From an uncultured virus (IMG/VR IMGVR_UViG_3300030390_001081) (lineage: Duplodnaviria > Heunggongvirae > Uroviricota > Caudoviricetes), in IMG/VR virus record IMGVR_UViG_3300030390_001081, positions 47,151 to 67,150 of that record: a stretch of 20,000 bases of DNA. One strand, written 5' to 3'. Made by a program: the position numbers and the translations under genes. The notes beneath the pieces were generated by a model. The model searched no databases. It saw nothing but the letters and a program-made list of their open reading frames with translations, and was not told the DNA's origin. Positions within the stretch are counted from its first letter, which is position 1. The number at the start of each line of letters is the position of its first letter. This document shows positions 16,913 through 20,000 of this stretch, piece by piece.

Positions 16913-17955
16913 TGATAAAAACAATACTATATATTTGTTTAGCATTTTTTTGTGCATTATCAAGTATAACTGTTGATGCGCAAATAAAAAACCTATATAA
17001 ATTTTCTACATTTTATATTGCTGCAAATGGAGGTACTTCTTTGTCAGATCGTAACATATATAATGTACAAGACATACTTACTACTGCTACAGAAGAAACT
17101 CCTTATGATTATTCTTTAACTGCAGGCATTAGAAAAATTAAAAGATTTCAATACGAACCTACCAGTCCTTTTAAGGATGGTACAGAAACTACATATAGTG
17201 ATGCAGCTACTATAGGTTTATCTCCGTTTGAATTTTTATTTGAAATAGACTACAGAAGACAAGAAGGTATAGAATACATAAATCAAAATCATTTTTTACG
17301 TTATGTAAAACCAATATGGTTAGCTAAAGCAGAATACATTCTTGATGGTTTTGCTGATGTTGAATATTATGAAACAACACAAAGATTAAGATTAAGAGGT
17401 AATAAAAAACTATCATTTAATTTAGGAGCTATACAAAGAATATCTGAACCCTATGGATATGATCCACTAGAAGAATGGATATTATCTAATGGTAACTTAC
17501 ATTATACATACTTAGCAATACAAGAAGGATATACTATAGATGTATATGATAATCAATATATAGATCCACAAGGTAACATTGTAGCAACAAGTTCAGCTGT
17601 GTGGGATGAGGTAGTTATACCACAAGTTTTATCAGATTATGTAGAAAGTAAAAGAGATGAACTTACAAACCAATGGGTACACTCTATTGTTTTGGGTTTT
17701 GATTATTATACATACAAAAAAAATGCATGGTTACATGTATGGGGTAATTTTATACCTTATCATTACAATGATGGAGGTGAATACTCTTATCATAACTTTA
17801 ATGATGGAGAACAATGGTACGACTATTCTGGTGGTTTAATATTTGGTTTGAAAATTAACAAACATTTAGGTACTTTTGTAGAAGGAAAATATCATAAGTA
17901 TTGGAATAGAGAATGGTATGATTTTAAATTTGGAATAAATTATATAATATTTTAA
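16912..17955 (+). CDS. Putative outer-membrane beta-barrel protein with Sec signal peptide
   Basis: N-terminal signal MIKTILYICLAFFCALSSITVDA|Q; about 12 amphipathic aromatic-rich strands (e.g. FEFLFEIDYRR, WLHVWGNF, LGTFVEGKYHKYW); last strand WYDFKFGINYIIF ends in Phe, matching the BAM beta-signal. Confidence 0.75.
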   Translation: MIKTILYICLAFFCALSSITVDAQIKNLYKFSTFYIAANGGTSLSDRNIYNVQDILTTATEETPYDYSLTAGIRKIKRFQYEPTSPFKDGTETTYSDAATIGLSPFEFLFEIDYRRQEGIEYINQNHFLRYVKPIWLAKAEYILDGFADVEYYETTQRLRLRGNKKLSFNLGAIQRISEPYGYDPLEEWILSNGNLHYTYLAIQEGYTIDVYDNQYIDPQGNIVATSSAVWDEVVIPQVLSDYVESKRDELTNQWVHSIVLGFDYYTYKKNAWLHVWGNFIPYHYNDGGEYSYHNFNDGEQWYDYSGGLIFGLKINKHLGTFVEGKYHKYWNREWYDFKFGINYIIF

Positions 17956-17956
17956 A

Positions 17957-18232
17957 ATGGCAAAAGAACTTAACGAAGAAACAGGGTTCAATATAAGTGT
18001 AAAAACATTAATAGGCATAGGTTTTGCTATGGCAACTATAATTAGTATGTGGTTTGTTTTACAAGCTGATATAGCAGAAGCTAAAGAACTTCCTAAGCCA
18101 GAAATTTCTAAGATGGAATTTAATATGAAAGATGTTAATATACGTCAATCTATTAAGAACACAGAGAAAAATGTGGAAAAGTTAGAAGAGCGAATGATTC
18201 GCATGGAGGACAAAATTGATGCATTAAGATAA
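17957..18232 (+). CDS. Single-pass membrane protein with C-terminal coiled coil
   Basis: 91 aa; hydrophobic LIGIGFAMATIISMWFVL, then a Pro linker (ELPKPE) and heptad-like IKNTEKNVEKLEERMIRMEDKIDALR; stop overlaps the next ATG. Confidence 0.75.
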   Translation: MAKELNEETGFNISVKTLIGIGFAMATIISMWFVLQADIAEAKELPKPEISKMEFNMKDVNIRQSIKNTEKNVEKLEERMIRMEDKIDALR

Positions 18233-18585
18233 TGAAAAAGATAGCAGAATGGAAGATATTTGGAATGTACTTGTTAGTATTATTTTTATTGTTAGCCTCA
18301 CATACTGCTTTCTCTCAGGTAAAAGTGATACACTTTAATGCTGATTTTAATTCAGCTAATGATGTAGCTTGGTTCGTGAAATTAAATGAATGTGATAGAC
18401 AAACGCTTTTGATAGAGCAAAATGATAATCAAATTAAATACGAAATAGCTATTGTACCAACAATAATAGTGTTTGATGACGGTAAAGAAGTAAAAAGATT
18501 TCAAGCAGACATAAGTTTTAAAATGGCTGCCACAAGAAAAGAAGTACAAGAATATATTGACGAATTAATAATAAGCAAATTTTAA
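18232..18585 (+). CDS. Exported thioredoxin-fold protein lacking CxxC
   Basis: Signal peptide ending TAFS|Q. VIHFNADFNSAN occupies the position of Trx 'vdF.A.WCxxC'. YEIAIVPTIIVFDDGKEVKRFQ matches the Trx cis-Pro 'y.i..vPT...f..G.ev.r..' signature. The mature chain has only one Cys. Confidence 0.75.
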   Translation: MKKIAEWKIFGMYLLVLFLLLASHTAFSQVKVIHFNADFNSANDVAWFVKLNECDRQTLLIEQNDNQIKYEIAIVPTIIVFDDGKEVKRFQADISFKMAATRKEVQEYIDELIISKF

Positions 18586-18586
18586 T

Positions 18587-19318
18587 ATGTTAGTTTTAAG
18601 TAATTGTATATCGCTTCCATCTATAGATTTTGTTGAAGATTTTCAACTTACTAGTGTAACAGGTTTAAAAGCTTGGTATAAATTTAATACTGGTATAACA
18701 TTAGATACAAACTCTGGAACAGAAACTGTAGTATTACAATGGGCTGATAGTAGTGGTAATACTGATAAAGATATGGATTTAACATTAGCTACTAGTTTAA
18801 CAGAAAATGTAGCAAATTACAGTTCTTCAACTGGAGGAATAGAATTTAGAACTGGTGATAAATCAATATTAAATACAGATAGCGACCAACTTAATTTAGG
18901 TGCTTTTACAATATTTGGAGTTATTGATATTGTAGAAAGTGGAGCAGCAAATGAAGCTATATTAGGTAGACTAGGTAATGATGAATTAAGATTTTATAGA
19001 GGTTCATCTGCTTCAGGTTTTAGAGCAAGAATAAATGGCGCAAATAAAGATATAAATTTAGACAGTAATTTACCTAATGACAAATTATTGTTTACGGTAA
19101 TTAGAGCAAGTGATGGTACTATTTCTGTACGTATAAATGGAACAACACAAAGCAACACCTCTTCATTAGCAATTACTAATTTATTTGATTTTTTAAGAAT
19201 TGGTAATGCTTCAACAGATAGTGATGTGTATGAAATTGCAATTTATGATAACGAAGTAAGTGCTGATAATATTACTCTTATTGAAAATAATATTAACATA
19301 AGAAACAATATAAATTAA
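18587..19318 (+). CDS. LamG/concanavalin A-like jelly-roll domain protein (possible glycan-binding or virion fibre-associated)
   Basis: 243 aa with LKAWYKF...VLQWADSSGN near the N-terminus, ISVRINGT internally, and YEIAIYDNEVSADNITLIEN at the C-terminus, the usual LamG-like pattern in phage proteins. No signal peptide. Confidence 0.7.
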   Translation: MLVLSNCISLPSIDFVEDFQLTSVTGLKAWYKFNTGITLDTNSGTETVVLQWADSSGNTDKDMDLTLATSLTENVANYSSSTGGIEFRTGDKSILNTDSDQLNLGAFTIFGVIDIVESGAANEAILGRLGNDELRFYRGSSASGFRARINGANKDINLDSNLPNDKLLFTVIRASDGTISVRINGTTQSNTSSLAITNLFDFLRIGNASTDSDVYEIAIYDNEVSADNITLIENNINIRNNIN

Positions 19319-19319
19319 A

Positions 19320-20000
19320 GTGAATAATTTTACAAAATTTTTATACGCATTTATAATGCTATTTGTTTTTACGCTGTCTACAGCGTTTTCGCAATGTCCT
19401 AACGGAACATATGTAAACATAGTAATTAATCCTGATCAATACCCAGAAGAAACTTCATGGGCTATTATATCATTGCTAGAAGACACCATTGTTTCAGGTG
19501 GACCTTACGAAGACATAGTAGATTATCAGCCGCAAGTTATTCAGGTATGTATACCTAATGGAGAGTACTTGTTTAATATATCTGATTTATATGGTGACGG
19601 TGTTGCAGGAAGTCTATGGGGTGGACAAGATGGGTCTTACTACGTAGTTCACTGTGGTGATACTTTAGTTCAACCAGACTCCGCTAACTTTGGCTTTAGC
19701 GCTTTTCATGGTTTTGCATTAGAAGATTGTGCTCCACCACCACCTGTATTTGGTTGCATGAACAATAACTACTTAGAATTTTTACCTATAGCTACTGTAG
19801 ATACTGGTATGTGTTTTACAGAAAAAATATTTGGTTGTACTGATGTAGAATCTTTTAACTACGATAGCATAGCTAATACAGATATACTAACAGACAGCTG
19901 TACACACACGCTAGAATTAACAGATTTAGCTGGTAATGGTTGGGCTGGTTCATATCTACAAGTTTATCAAGGTTATAATTTTATAGGTGAGTTTACTTTA
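19320..20000 (+). CDS. Secreted Cys-rich repeat protein, 3'-truncated (absent from the ORF track)
   Basis: GTG at 19320, 1 nt after the upstream stop; open for 227 codons to the window end: MNNFTKFLYAFIMLFVFTLSTAFS|QCPNGTYVNIVINPDQYPEETSW...ISDLYGDG...CAPPPPVFGCMNNNYLEFLPIATVDTGMC..IFGCTDVESFNYDSIANTD...SC...TDLAGNGW. Resembles Flavobacteriia secreted surface proteins with GCTD-type repeats. Confidence 0.85.
   Translation, partial: MNNFTKFLYAFIMLFVFTLSTAFSQCPNGTYVNIVINPDQYPEETSWAIISLLEDTIVSGGPYEDIVDYQPQVIQVCIPNGEYLFNISDLYGDGVAGSLWGGQDGSYYVVHCGDTLVQPDSANFGFSAFHGFALEDCAPPPPVFGCMNNNYLEFLPIATVDTGMCFTEKIFGCTDVESFNYDSIANTDILTDSCTHTLELTDLAGNGWAGSYLQVYQGYNFIGEFTL
19746..19901 (+). repeat. Two protein-level GC[MT]x-type Cys repeats
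   Basis: VFGCMNNNYLEFLPIATVDTGMC (19746-19814) and IFGCTDVESFNYDSIANTDILTDSC (19827-19901) fit the GCTD..a.NY...A..ddgsC consensus. Confidence 0.7.

Noticed and set aside
16930..16937. Second TATATTTG matching the Bacteroidota -7 element
   Set aside because: It is inside the signal-peptide coding region of the barrel gene with no start codon suitably downstream; likely chance.
17657..17839. Hydrophobic 60-aa ORF overlapping the barrel gene in another frame (possible embedded holin or o-spanin)
   Set aside because: No Cys/lipobox and no charged C-tail; hydrophobicity is expected from a shifted frame of Tyr/Asp/Asn-rich AT-biased codons.
521..19420. Short minus-strand ORFs (521..760, 770..1012, 4404..4865, 5082..5276, 6921..7103, 7509..7742, 10914..11138, 13033..13218, 15800..15997, 19211..19420)
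   Set aside because: All lie antisense to long, motif-bearing + strand genes and have the S/L/F/I-rich composition expected of antisense shadows; no recognisable motifs.
1..20000. tRNA, rRNA, CRISPR array, intrinsic terminators, mobile elements
   Set aside because: Intergenic gaps are at most 26 nt, and no spaced direct repeats, GC-rich hairpins with U-tracts, or transposase/integrase motifs were seen.

Overview
AT-rich, gene-dense phage DNA with every credible gene on the + strand. There are no Shine-Dalgarno motifs, leaders are A-rich or overlap the upstream stop, and one Bacteroidota-type TAnnTTTG promoter element is present. It is most consistent with a Crassvirales-like (crAss/phi14:2-type) phage of a Bacteroidota, probably Flavobacteriia, host. 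1-15720 is a three-gene virion ejection (cargo) cassette. It ends in a 3969-aa giant protein that joins a Gly-rich membrane-type N-terminal region, a charged linker, a zincin-like metalloprotease motif (HEYTGH...EEGWA), a two-barrel virion RNA polymerase (RIP...GSDLDGD) and a helical C-terminal region; a recurring basic-YK motif marks the domain boundaries. 15747-20000 is a second module: two paralogous small beta proteins flanking a small unknown gene, then a tightly coupled cluster of host-envelope-type genes (Sec-exported outer-membrane beta-barrel, single-pass coiled-coil membrane protein, exported thioredoxin-fold protein lacking CxxC, LamG-like protein, and a Cys-rich secreted repeat protein running off the window). 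All functional calls come from motif recognition by eye; no searches were run.
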